From: Malacoraja senta
Lineage: Eukaryota
Direction: 5' to 3'
NCBI GenBank assembly: GCA_038087875.1
Contig: CM075977.1
Span: 114,142,001-114,206,000, forward strand
DNA: 64,000 bases
Under the pieces are notes generated by a model. That model did not search any database. It saw only the letters and a program-made list of their open reading frames with translations, and was not told the DNA's origin. Position 1 is the stretch's first letter; every line of letters starts with the position of its first letter. The position numbers and the translations under genes were made by a program. This document shows positions 51,057 to 63,765 of this stretch, one piece after another.

Positions 51057-53636
51057 CAAGTAAAATTAAAAAAAAACCATAACTTATTTTATTCACTCAT
51101 TTGAATTGAGACCTGTTTATGCAGTTGCTTTAACCTGTTGCAGGCTCATTATGCAACTGGGTAAGTGGAGCTGTGAGCTGCTGCCTGTCCCGTTGAGTTA
51201 CTCCTGCTTTTTGTGTCTATACTGGATAAGTTGAGTTGGTTTGCATCGCACAATGTGTCCGCCGGTGCTGCACGGGGGACTGCTGGGAACTGATGGCGAC
51301 AGGAGAGAATGTATTGTACACATTTTGGAAACTAGGACTCTCAGTAGACTAAATCATTACTAAATGATTAGGAGTTAAATATTTAAAATATTCAAGCTTA
51401 CATCTTTGTCACCAAAATCTTTCATTGCTTTCAATTTCTTGATGCCTTTACCCATTTTGTATGCTGACATCTGTACTTCTCTTCATATTTTTGATATATG
51501 AAGACCAAGATGAAATTCTTGCATATCTGTAATATCTTCTGGAAATAAGATGGTTGCCTTTCCAAACCACAACCAAAAGATAGGGTTCTTCTCAAAACAC
51601 TTTCAGCTATAATTTTCTTTGAATGTGTACTTCTCTAGTATTGTTCTCAGTAATTGTGCATTTCTCATTATTACAAGTACATGATGCATTGTCAGTCATT
51701 GAGAACTATTAACCTAGTTGAGCACCAATTCTGCTTGTATCCTTTGATTAATGGCCCAAATGTACTTTCTGAGTGAACATGGCCATTACCATCAAAGACC
51801 ATTACATACTTTACCTGGTGCACAGTACTCCAGCTGACTTTGTCATTACTTACATTGAATCATAATACACTTAAGGAATAAATGGACACCATTCTGATCA
51901 TCATGGTAGTCAAACATAAAACTATTTACATTCAATTTCCCCTCTCAGACACACTCTTTCATTTGTTGGATTACCAATAATCTGATCATGAACCTCAGTG
52001 ATTAACAGCTTGATCCTCATAACCCTTGATTTCCTATGGTCCTTTCAGCAAAAGCATAACCTCCTCATAAACAGTATCATTCTGTCAGCTTAACAGATTA
52101 CTTGAAGTGCTTGAATATCAACATTTTGCAAATCACCAGGACGCCCGAGTTCTACAAACTCATTATTTAAAAAAAAAAGATGTTATTTTTCCTGCCAAAA
52201 TGGGTAGTTCCAAATTTGTGTATTATATAGCCATTTTCTAGATCTTTGCCTTATGTTAATCTTTTTATAGCTTCCTATGGCATCTTCATAACTTACTTTA
52301 CTAACTCCCCATGTACCATCAGCAAATTTACCAACCTATTTGCTGCTACATTAATCCAAATCACTTATGTGTACTATAAATAGTTGAAACCTCAGCACCC
52401 ATCCCAGGGGCTCTTCATTCATTACATTTGTCAATCAGAAAAAAAATGTATATATATAACATTTTCTTTCCTGTTTGCTATCTAATCTTCTACCCACACC
52501 AAATTCTTACCTACTACATCATGCTTTTACTTCCATCAATAATCTTTGGGGTGGCATCTTGTCAAATGCATACCTGAAGTCTAGGTATAGTACATCCACT
52601 GGTTGCCCTTTATCCACTGTACAGGCTGCTACTTGAAATAATTTGTCAAACATGCTTTCCCTTTCACATGGCCACATTGAGTTTGCCCAATTGCCTTGTA
52701 TTTGTATTCAGGAATATATTTATAAACAAAGGACATGGACTTATTTTACAGGTTGGAAATTTAGAGTAATTAAATGAATCTGAATTGATGCCAGCAATGA
52801 TAAACTTAAAATTACTGGATTGTGTTAAGACGAAACAGCTGTAACTGGTGTTTTAAAGTCATCCTTGTCTGGTTTGGCCCGTCTTTTGATTACTAATAAT
52901 TATCGTCAAGAATGGCCTTCTACACCACACAGTTTGAGGAACAATTATGGATAGGTAATAATTGTTGACTCTACTAGTGATACACTTATTCAGTGAATGG
53001 ATATAATAAGGAAATAGCAGCCAAGATCTGTGATTTTGGGAACAATCCATCCACCTTGCAGTGATTTCAAATCTGACACCAGATGGAGCTGCTTTGCTCA
53101 CAAATGTGTTAACTTTTTACATTTTAAAGGATCATCATCTCTATTAAAATAACATTTGTCTTATTGTAGACCACCGTACCATTTCAGGATACCTTAAATA
53201 AATCTTCCATCCTTGATCATTTTTTATTTGCAATACCTTATTTTTTTATAATGTAATTCTTTCAAAAATGGCTTATCCAGAGCAATTTGTTTTACTGTCT
53301 TGGTATTTTTCTTTTTCTATTTACAATTGGTTGGCTTTTAGGTTCAATTATTAAAGTGTCAACGGAAGTGGCATTGCAATTCTGTTTAAAAACTCACAGA
53401 AGATTTGATGAAGCTGCGGAACTGAGGTGCATTAGACAATTACAATTTTAGATGGGGATTGATACTTACAGTGACAGCAGCGAAGGTAAAAATCACATGG
53501 GATACCATTAGATAGACTTATTAATATAATTGCTGATACTCCACCACTATGGAACTTGCAAGTGGGCTCACTATTACACAATATCCTAGCATAATGTAAG
53601 CAATGAGATTACATAATGTAAGCACTGAGATTACAT

Positions 53637-56600
53637 AAAATAGTAAGATTAAACGAGAACTTACCAGTTTGAAGTTTGATCTTTATTTTATGAGGAGTTA
53701 CGTTGAGGGATTACGTGAAGACCCCGCCAGCCCGCATAAGCATCAATCTTCAAAGCCGCAGTGTGAAATCACAGATAACAGTAGTCGAACTAAACATAGT
53801 AAGATAAGAGAACTAGCATACCAGCTGACCTTTATGATAGAGGGTTGGGAGTGGAGGGCACGTAATCCCTCAACGTAACTCCTCATAAAATAAAGATCAA
53901 ACTTCAAACTGGTAAGTTCTCGTTTAATCTTACTATTTTACTTCGGAGTCACGTGAGTGACTACGTGAAGATTTCAAAGCTCTGTGATTTCATGCCGTGG
54001 TAACGAGTCCATGCATCACACACTGCATCAGTTGACCAATGATGAGTGAACATTAATAATGCATTCAGACATGACATAGATATAGACATGTTGATGCTTT
54101 TAATGAACAATTAATGATAATAGTAACCTCCCTCAACCGGGAGGAAACTATAAACAGAACCGAACATAGAGTTGGCAAATACCCCAGGCCTGGCAATGGG
54201 TTAGTTCTAAAATGTTTGGAACATCGTTTGTTTGACCATCCTGCAGCCGCTAGGATGTGGTCCCGCGAAACGTCCATAACCCTGCTGCTGATGTTGTTGC
54301 AGCCCTGGTGGAGTGAGACTTAAAAATGTCAGTGTTCACTCCTGTATAAGCCAGAACCTGTTAACCACCTGGAGATGGTCTGTAGTGATACCTACTTATG
54401 AGGCTTTATGTAACTAACAAATATTGCTAGTTCAGAGTCTTTAAGCTCTTAGTGAGCTTAACATACTGGTGTAGATGTGTGACCACACACAACCGAAGGT
54501 CCAAGGGATATGCCAACAAGTCTAGTTTAAGACCTGATGCCCCCTGGTCTATTCTGCTTGACTAAACATAACCATAAAATGTTATTTTGCTTGCAGATAT
54601 AATCATCCTGTCCAGTCCCTAGCTTATGCAATGACTGGACCCGTTGCGCTGGACTCAGCGCCGTGAGCATAACCACTTTGTAAGTGAGTTTGACCAAGGA
54701 CAGGGATGTAGCTGGATCCCACTGGCAAAGCGGCGTTAGCACAATGTTAACATCCCATATTTCTGCGTACCTGGGCCTGGGAGGTTTTGAGTTTGAAGAT
54801 ACCCTTCATAATTTAGATATCAGAGAGCGAGACCCGACAGAGTGGATTCTGCTCCCTACAGCCAATATGATGAGAAGGCACGTTCGGCACAATAAATGGC
54901 ACTTTAACTTAATATTTGTCAAAACCCATTTAACCTGAACTTCAAGACGGCAGTCATCCGTGCCGAAACATATGTAATATTAGCATAAAACAACTACTTC
55001 CCATCTACTTATGAGGAAAATACAGCTTATTTGGTGCTATCCCTGCAATCTGCAGTGAGCATGTCTATGGTTTGGTTTAACAACCCGAGCCACAGGAACG
55101 GTCTTCTCAGAGTCTGCAAGTCAATGAATTGATTTTATCATGCAGAGGATGGTTTACCGAGTCATGGCTAAACCAGCAAATCTTTGTGTCTAGAAATAAC
55201 CATATAAGGTTCTATTATCATTCCCCACATCAGCGGGAACCATGGCTGTAAATGCCAGTCAGGCACTGCGAAGAAGCCTGAAGCGGGAACTTGCTGAATT
55301 TTTTGCAAGACCCGTCTGATGAGGCAAAATGGAGGAAGACATAAAAGAACATTCCTCCCCAGTGTAGCGAGAATGCATCCATCGCCACTGATATGCCACA
55401 TATTTTTTGCAACTGGTGATTGAGCCTGGATGCAAATATCTGGATCTTTTAGTGTTCCATCGAGCCACAATGTCATTAAATACTTTGTGATCCAACATCC
55501 ATTCTGTGTTATCATTGATTTTATATAATGATACACCAGTGCCAAATGAGATTAGGTAAACTATCACCGGATACTTTAACTTGGTTGCACCCATGTGATT
55601 AACATTCCACCACCACAAAGTGCATCAACTTGGACTTGAGCATGCAGATCATGCATATCCACACAAACCTTTAACCCATAGAATGCACCTAGTGTCTATA
55701 GGTAGTTGATACCTTATAATTGAAGAATTGGCAACTTCGTGCAATCCCATCCGCCTCTGTAACTAGAGATGGTATTAGTAAATTTACATCTTGAGCAATA
55801 GCATCAGTTTGTAATTAACTGAAGATTTACTGCTGAAAGGTTAGTGGAGCAATGCTCAATACTGTTTGTCCACCATGGTGACTTTGATTGTTTCAGCTGG
55901 AATAGCATAGGTCTGGTAACAATGACCTACGTGGTACTTGAGAGCTTGCTCCTTTGCACGTGTATACTGATAATGCAAAGGCCAAATAGCACAGCTGAAA
56001 GCTAATATATTGTCAATTATAATTGATGAATAGAAGGCTGCTTGATACCACCAACAAGGTTGTTACAGGCTTCAATTAATTCCAATCTCTCGCCTCAGGG
56101 CGGAATCCCAGACAAATTAATAGAGTTAAAGGTAAATCCCAATAATCAATAATTTCAGTTGGTATCAACTTTAATGTAACTGGATGGGTGAGAAACCCAA
56201 TTTCTCAAGTATAGTTTGGTGGCTGATACAGCTAATTTAGCAAAATACAGCGTTTAGAATGTCATCCCGCTAGGCCATGACAATTGTTTTTTAGCTCTGA
56301 GCAGTTGAAGCACTGGTTTTAGTAATTTGGTAAATAACCTGGATCATTGCCCCATCCAGCTAAATTTCAAATATCTCCGGTGCCCTGTGAATGGAAACTG
56401 ATCCCATGGAAGTTAAACAGTCACGAAGTTTCCTATTCAGAAATGTCTATACTGCACATGCGAGTTGAACCTGTTGACAATGAACAGGCCACATCTGCCA
56501 TAATTGCGAGCCTGCCTTGAAAGGCAACTCCCTTGCTTGTATGCTGTGCAGTATAAACTAATCTCATGTTATCATTGTCATCCGTACAAAAATCAAGTGT

Positions 56601-58350
56601 AAATATTACCAACTTGTATCCGTGACAGGAGGCATCATATGGCTCCATCTTCATCCTTTATTCCTCCGAATGGGAGGACTTATGCAACCTGACCCAGGAG
56701 CTGCCTCAGGCATGTGTGCATGTATTTTAGCACCATCTCCATCACTACGTTCGATCGAGTGGGAGGAATTGCAACCCTGAAACAGGTGTCGCTTCAGGCA
56801 CATGTGCACTTCCGTAGCACCCTCTACCACTCCGTTCCTTTGAGTGGGAGGAAATTTGCAACCCTGAACCAGGAGCTGCTGCCTGACATGCCTTAGGATG
56901 GAGCGTTCTTGACTGCGATGAGTCGCAATCTTGTCTGACTTAGATGCCCAAGACTTGGCACTCACTCTGAGTTGTAGTTTGTCAGGTTGCTTCCTTCAGC
57001 AGCCGCCAGGACTAGTTGCTCCTTTCCGACGCCAATGCAGTCTACAGGGAAGGACTGGAGCGTCTCTAGCCCCCGTATGCCAGACCTAGTGGGAGAAATG
57101 CTGGAAAAACCTGCCAGTTATTTGTCATGGGCAAAGACGTTTACATAAACGAAGACGCCCACCCAGTTAAATCAAAGATTTGATTACTTTATTGATATGA
57201 ATAAACCCGGCGTCTCGGGGAAGAATCTTCCACAATCCCTTTAATGAGCGGAATTACCATGACACCACTATGTGTAGAACTGAAACAATTAATCAGAGGG
57301 TATCAGCATAATGGTGCCTACCCTGTATAGCCATATACTTGAAAGAATACGCAATAACTGCTAATGCCATGGAGGCGTAGGGGTGTTTATGCCGTTAGTA
57401 ACGCTCATGAATGGCAGCATGTGCCATGGACATTCCTCCGGGGTTGGGGTCAGTCACACACTGACCCATGCATGCCTCTCTACCGAGAGGGAGATCTGTG
57501 AGCAGCCCTGTACACAGGTGCTGCCGTAAACCTCCGTAGACCTTGTGCTGATATGGTCCTGTTTTAGTGGACCATATCAGGCTGGGTAAGATGTCCGAGG
57601 ACGTACCCTAGAATGTCGGAGGGGAACCCTCCTGGCCAGGCTCGTCCAGCCCGGGCCTCTCCGACTTTGTTTGGTTGCCTACCTTTGGGCTGCCCAAGTC
57701 GAAGTCGCTCCACCCTGCGAACCCGACAGCCACCGGCTATCCGCTCTCCCGTGGTCCGTAGCCAGCATCTCTGTAAGTAATGTAGTGGCTTACCCTCCAA
57801 GCGGGGTTGCCTGGGTGCTACCGGCACCAGTCTGAAGCCGCTGGCTCCACCGCCAGTGACCCGAAAAGGCAAATTCGACCGCCACCCACTACCCGCATTC
57901 CACGGTCTCTGTAGCGGGTTCCCCGTGGTCCCTGTAGAAGGGATTCCCCGCGAAGTCCATGTTGGGTTTTTCCTCGCGGTTTTCGCAGCCGGGATTCCCT
58001 CTGCGGTCCCTGTAGAAGGGCTTCCCCGTGATGTCTGTGGTTGGGCTTCCCCCGAGCCGGATCCCTGCAGTTTTCACAGCCGGGAACCCCCCCCCCCCCC
58101 CATGGTCCCTGTAGAAGGGAGCCGTGTGAAGCTGGGATTTCGACCCCGGAACGTCTCCAGCTGGAACTCTGTAAAGAGTTTCCTGCAAGGAGAAAACAGA
58201 CCTGGAAAAAGTTGAAACTTACCTTCAGGTTTGACCGCTAGTGGAGCAGCGCTCCCACCAGCCGTCGTTGCGCAATGCGTTAGACGATATGATGCGCATG
58301 CGGGCTGGCGGGGTCTTCACGTAGTCACTCACGTGACTCCGAAGTAAAAT
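53637..58350 (-). mobile_element. DIRS1-type tyrosine-recombinase retrotransposon A; both ends intact, ORFs degenerate
   Basis: ITR 53712-53737 vs 58298-58323. ICR 53859-53971 is complementary to both termini. YR remnants (KLTYKVVMLTALSPAQRVQSLH; SHSTR; ILAAAGWS), MT remnant (PPFCLIRRVLQKI...PDWHLQPWFP), RH remnant (VNHMG). Confidence 0.93.
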
Positions 58351-58455
58351 GATAAATATATAAATATAGGATAGCACCCTTTATGCTCAGTTGTGGTTTA
58401 CATTGTCTCCAAGTAATACAATCCACTCCAAAGTGTTTATTTTTTTACAAGTAAG

Positions 58456-61400
58456 AATAGTAAGATTAAACGAGAACTTACCAAGTTTGAAGTTTGATCT
58501 TTATTTTATGAGGAGTTACGTTGGTGATTACGTGATGCGCGTGCGCGTCAATCTTCAAAGCAGCGGTATGAAATCGCAGATAACACAATATTTGAAGTAA
58601 CATATTAAGATGAGTAACATGAGAACTACCATATGACATTTTTTTATGAGAGAGGGTTGGGCGTGGCGGGCACGTAATCACCAACGTAACTCCTCATAAA
58701 ATAAAGATCAAACTTCAAACTTGGTAAGTTCTCGTTTAATCTTACTATTTTACTTCGGAGTCACGTTTGTGACTACGTGAAGGGTTCAAAGCTCTGTGAT
58801 TTTATGCCGCAGATCCAAATCCCGGCTTCTCACTGCATTGATTGACTTTCGATGAGAAACAATCAATAATGCGTTAAACATGAAATGTGAATATCATGCA
58901 GTAACCATTGATTTGAATAATCAAAACAACCAGTAGCCCCTCTATCCCAGGGGAAACTAAACAGGACTTAATCCTGAATTTGCAAACAGCCTCTCTTCGA
59001 TCGGCGATCGGCCGATGGTAAAAATTAAAAAAAAAAAATCATTTGACCACCCGGCACCTATAGAAATATGGCCGCTGTGAACATCCATCGCCCTAGCCGA
59101 CGACGTTGCTGCTGCACTAGTGGAAAAACGATATATACACTTCAGTGTTAATACCTGCCTTAATCAACATTTGCTTTAAACCATCTTGAGATAGTCTGCA
59201 CTAACACTCTCCTGTGTGGCTTCATGTCTGATAAACAATGCTGTTTCCACATTTCTTAAGGTCTTTATAGCTTCAATATAATTAAAATAAATGTGCCATT
59301 ACACATAAACAAGGATCAGTAGGTTATGCTGAAATACAATTTTAACAAACCTGTGACACCTGGCCTGCTCTGCTTAAGCAGGATGCAATTATATAACATA
59401 ACATTCTCTTCAGCAACTTCCATCCTGTGCAACAGAAGTTTTTGCAAACTCTGCACTTGCTATGCTGAACCAATGCCAAGAGCATAACCACTTTCATGAT
59501 TAGTTTGGCAAATTCAGAGACATGACAGGAACCTACTGTCGAAGCATCTTGAGGACCACACTTACATCCCAGATCGCCATATACTTGGGTTTAGGAGGTT
59601 TAGAGTTGAAATTCCTTTCATCAATCCAGCTATGATATGATGAAACTCCATAGGATCTTTCCTGACCCCATCAAAACCATATGATGACAAAGCACTTAAA
59701 GTTGTATTAATGGTGCTATAACTGAGCCCCTCATCATCGTAGAGTGTCAACAGGAACTCTAAAATATCCACAATACCTGCAGTACTATAGTCAATATTAT
59801 TTTGTACACAATATTGCTCCCATTTTTTACATGTAATATACTCCTTTTGAGTACTCTTTCTCCAGGCTACAGTGAGCATGTCCACCGTTCACCCAGACAG
59901 TCCTTGCTCCAGGTATGGCCTTCTTAAAACCTGCAAATTAACAAGTCAATACAATCACATAACAGATGACTTTCCCGTGTTAGCGGATGCTCCAGTCAAT
60001 TCCTACGCTTGGGAATCACCAAAAAGAGGTTGGATCCCTAACTGTAACATCAAAGGGAACCATGCTTGATTCGGCCAATTAGGTATTACAAGCAACCCCA
60101 AAGCGGCATCCTGCTTGATTTCTTGCAGACTCCGACTTATGGCAAAATGGTAGGAAAATATATAAAACATACCACCCCAATGTAACGTCAAAGTATCAAA
60201 TACAACTGACACCTGCTCTGGTTCCCATGAAACCTATTTAGGCTGCTGATGGTTGAACCTTGATGCAAAACAAATCGATATCTGGCATTCATATATAAGT
60301 ACTATATTATTGAACACCTCCTGGTTCAACATCCAATCTATGTTGTCATGGAACTTTCGTGACTTGGCGTCTGCTACTATGTAGAATCTACCTGGTAGAT
60401 AAATAGCTGAAATATCTTTTTCAATGCACCAGGCCCAAATTTGATTAGCCAATCTGTCACAAAATACCGACTTGATTCCACCGATGTGATTAATATATAT
60501 GCCACTTGCATAGTATTGTCAATCTGAAACTGAACATGCAGATTACATTTGTTAGAGCAATAAGCCTCTTAATAGTTAATTGCCCATGTCTGCAGAAACG
60601 ATGCCTCTTGCTCAGTCCATCTGCCTCCACAGCTGAAACTCGTATCCGTGACACCCCACCCGAGTGCACTGACATTCATCTGCAAAATCATGGAAGGCTG
60701 GTCAAGCATTACCTTGCTATAACTTCTGGACACATGGTGAATCCACCATTGCAAATCAGAAATAGCCTTTACTGATAACTGCATAGGTATATTATAATGA
60801 CCCGAATGTATCCTTAATGCCTCCATTAGCTTGATACGCCTGTCAATTAGCTCTACCCTTTTTTCCCTGGGCAGAGTCACTTAATTGAATCAATTGTGAC
60901 CCAAATAGTTAGGTGTTAATTTGGATTCCTCTGGATGAATAATGCCCAATCTTTGAAAATTGGATTTAACAACTATCACCTGTTACTTCAGCTGTTCTCT
61001 TGGATACCCCTGTAATCAATATATCATCGAGATAAGCCATGATCACCTGACCCTGGCTTCTCAGCATGCCTATTATAGGTTTTAACAATTTTGTTGCCAT
61101 AGTTGATCCATCCAGGTGAATTTCAAATATCCTTATCTTGACCCAGTTGCTTGGCAGTGACAATTCCATCTTACAATGTCTATACTATATCCCCCATCCT
61201 TTTTTGGCCTGGGAAAATATTAGACACAAATTGATGGGGTTGGTGAACCAACTTTTATCACATAAGCTTGCAAGCGCAGTCTGAACATCTATCTGTTCTG
61301 TTAATGAAAACTGAATAGTTCTCCCAAGAACATGCTGAATGTGCAAATCACAATTTGGATTGAAATCCATTCGAAACCTTTGAATGACACTCTGTATAGA

Positions 61401-63765
61401 AACATAGGAAATAGGTGCAGGAGTAGGCCATTCGGCCCTTCGAGCCTGCACCGCCATTCAATATGATCATGGCTGATCATCCAAGTCAGTATCCTGTACC
61501 TGCCTTCTCTCCATACCCCCTGATCCCTTTAGCCACAAGGGCCACATCTAACTCCCTCTTAAATATAGCCAATGAACTGGCCTCAACTACCTTCTGTGGC
61601 AGAGAATTCCAGAGATTCACCAATCTCTGTGTGAAAAATGTTTTTCTCATCTCAGTCCTAAAAGATTTCCCCTTTATCCTTAAACTGTGACCCCTTGTCC
61701 TGGACTTCCCCAACATCGGGAACAATCTTCCTGCATCTAGCCTGTCCAACCCCTTAAGAATTTTGTAAGTTTCTATAAGATCCCCCCTCAATCTTCTAAA
61801 TTCTAGCAAGTACAAGCCGAGTCTATCCAGTCTTTCTTCATATGAAAGTCCTGACATCCCAGGAATCAGTCTGGTGAACCTTCTCTGTACTCCCTCTATG
61901 GCAAGAATGTCTTTCCTCAGATTAGGAGACCAAAACTGTACGCAATACTCCAGGTGTGGTCTCACCAAGACCCTGTACAACTGCAGTAGAACCTCCCTGC
62001 TCCTATACTCAAATCCTTTTGCTATGAATGCTAACATACTATTTGACTTCTTCACTGCCTGCTGCACCTGCATGCCTACTTTTAATGACTGGTGTACCAT
62101 GACATCCAGGTCTCGTTGCATCTCCCCTTTTCCTAATCGGCCACCATTCAGTATAAACAGAGCTGAGGTAATTTGCTTCCATTCATCCCAGAAACAGATG
62201 TAATGTACCCCAGATTTAAGTTGTGTCACATTTGATATGTGCACCCGAGAACCAGGCCCACCTACCTCCTTGGTACCTGGTGGATGACGTTGTCCCCGGC
62301 TCCTTGGCGGGAAAGCCAATGTTTGACCATGTTCCCGCTTCGTTTGTCGGGGTACTTTCTTTTTTGGAAACTTGCCGACTGCCGGTGGCTTGATCAAGCC
62401 CACCGTCTTTGCCTCGTCATCCATGTCCTTGACACTCTTGGCGAGGTCCTCACCGAAGAGTAGGTTGGCCGGCTGTATGTTGCTAGGCTGGAAAAATACT
62501 GCAATCTTGGAATTAATGGTGGGCCGAATGGCACTTTCCCTGAGACAATTTATCTCAAAAATGGGTGCTACAAAGCAACCCTAGTACCTCTTGCTGTGTC
62601 TCCGACACATGCCCTCCATCCACCGTTCTCGTGAACGCCGTGATTCCTGAGCCAACTAATTTCAGGATTCTCTGCAGCTTCATCTCCTGGGCACTGCACG
62701 CCCACGCCCACGTCCATATCACCCGGTTCACTGCTGGCACCTTCAGCAACTCGCAGTTACCCCATCTCTTGGTGATTCCAGACTCTGACTGGACAGCGAA
62801 TCGTACTGCCAGAGATGGGAACTCTGACAACGGCCATCTTCGCTTTCCCAGTGGCATTCCATACTCTGACAGGACAGCGAATCGTGCTGCCAGAGAATGG
62901 ACCTCTGACAACGGCCGTTCTTCGCTAATTTCCAAGTCTCCGTCAGAGTCGGGGACAGACCTTAGCTGACCCTCTGCACTCACCTCATACATGAGGGTGC
63001 TTTAAGCAGCCCTCTACCAGGTGCTGCCGGCGTGGCCTTTCTGCAGCCTACCGCCCACACGACTCCTCCCCGGAGTGTGCGTTTCTGGAGCAACCCTCTG
63101 GATGAGGTGCTCCATTTGGGAGAACCATTTTAAAACGTCTCCAGCCCTGTATAGGCTCGTTGTGGCCCGACTCAGTTGAGTCCAAGGACCTCCCAGACTT
63201 CCCCGTGCCTTACGCCCGACTGGAGTTGGCTTTGGTGCTTTTTAGCACTCAGTCTGAAGTCGCCACGCTCCCGGTCGGCGACTGTGCAGGGGTACGAGGC
63301 AGCCGCTGACAGACCGCATTCCCGCGGCTCTCCTATGCTTTACCTGCGGCTGCCCTCCCCCTGGTCGTCTTCACCATTGTGCTGCCTGTAATAATAAACA
63401 GAGCACCACAAAAATGAAACGTTTCCCTCCAGCTAAGTTCCCCACTTAGCTGGAGCTTTAAACTATAAAAGTACTTTAAAAGTACTTGCTACAGGAGGAG
63501 CTCCGTCCTCCCCTGCTCGTCTTCACCATGGTGCTGCCTGTGACAAACACAGAGCACAGCACCACAGTAAAGGAAACTGTTTCACTCCAACTAAATTTCT
63601 CACTTAGCTGGAGCTTTAAAATGCTTTAAAATACTCTAAAAGTACTTACCACGGGAGGAGCTCTGTCCTCCCGCTGTCCGTGCGCCAATGCGACCGACGT
63701 AATGACGCGCATGAGCCCTGACGGGTCTTCTTCACGTAGTCACAAACGTGACTCCGAAGTAAAAT
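58456..63765 (-). mobile_element. DIRS1-type retrotransposon B; both ends present, ORFs degenerate, CR1 inserted
   Basis: ICR 58671-58782. Gag-like region (NCELLKVPAVNRVIW), RT MAYLDDILI, RH (SALGWG...GGRW; YLPG...ADAKSR), MT (FASRFN; IPNWPNQAWFP), YR N-terminus (WRKSTQKEY...GLSYSTINTTLSALS). Confidence 0.93.
61399..62150 (-). mobile_element. Young 5'-truncated CR1 inserted in DIRS B
   Basis: NGGRLGKGEMQRDL...GYGEKAGTGY; GTATA repeated at 61394-61398 and 62151-62155. Confidence 0.95.

Noticed and set aside
53637-53939. 81-bp perfect inverted repeat as a miRNA or hairpin-RNA gene
   Set aside because: It is fully explained as the DIRS terminus paired with its ICR.
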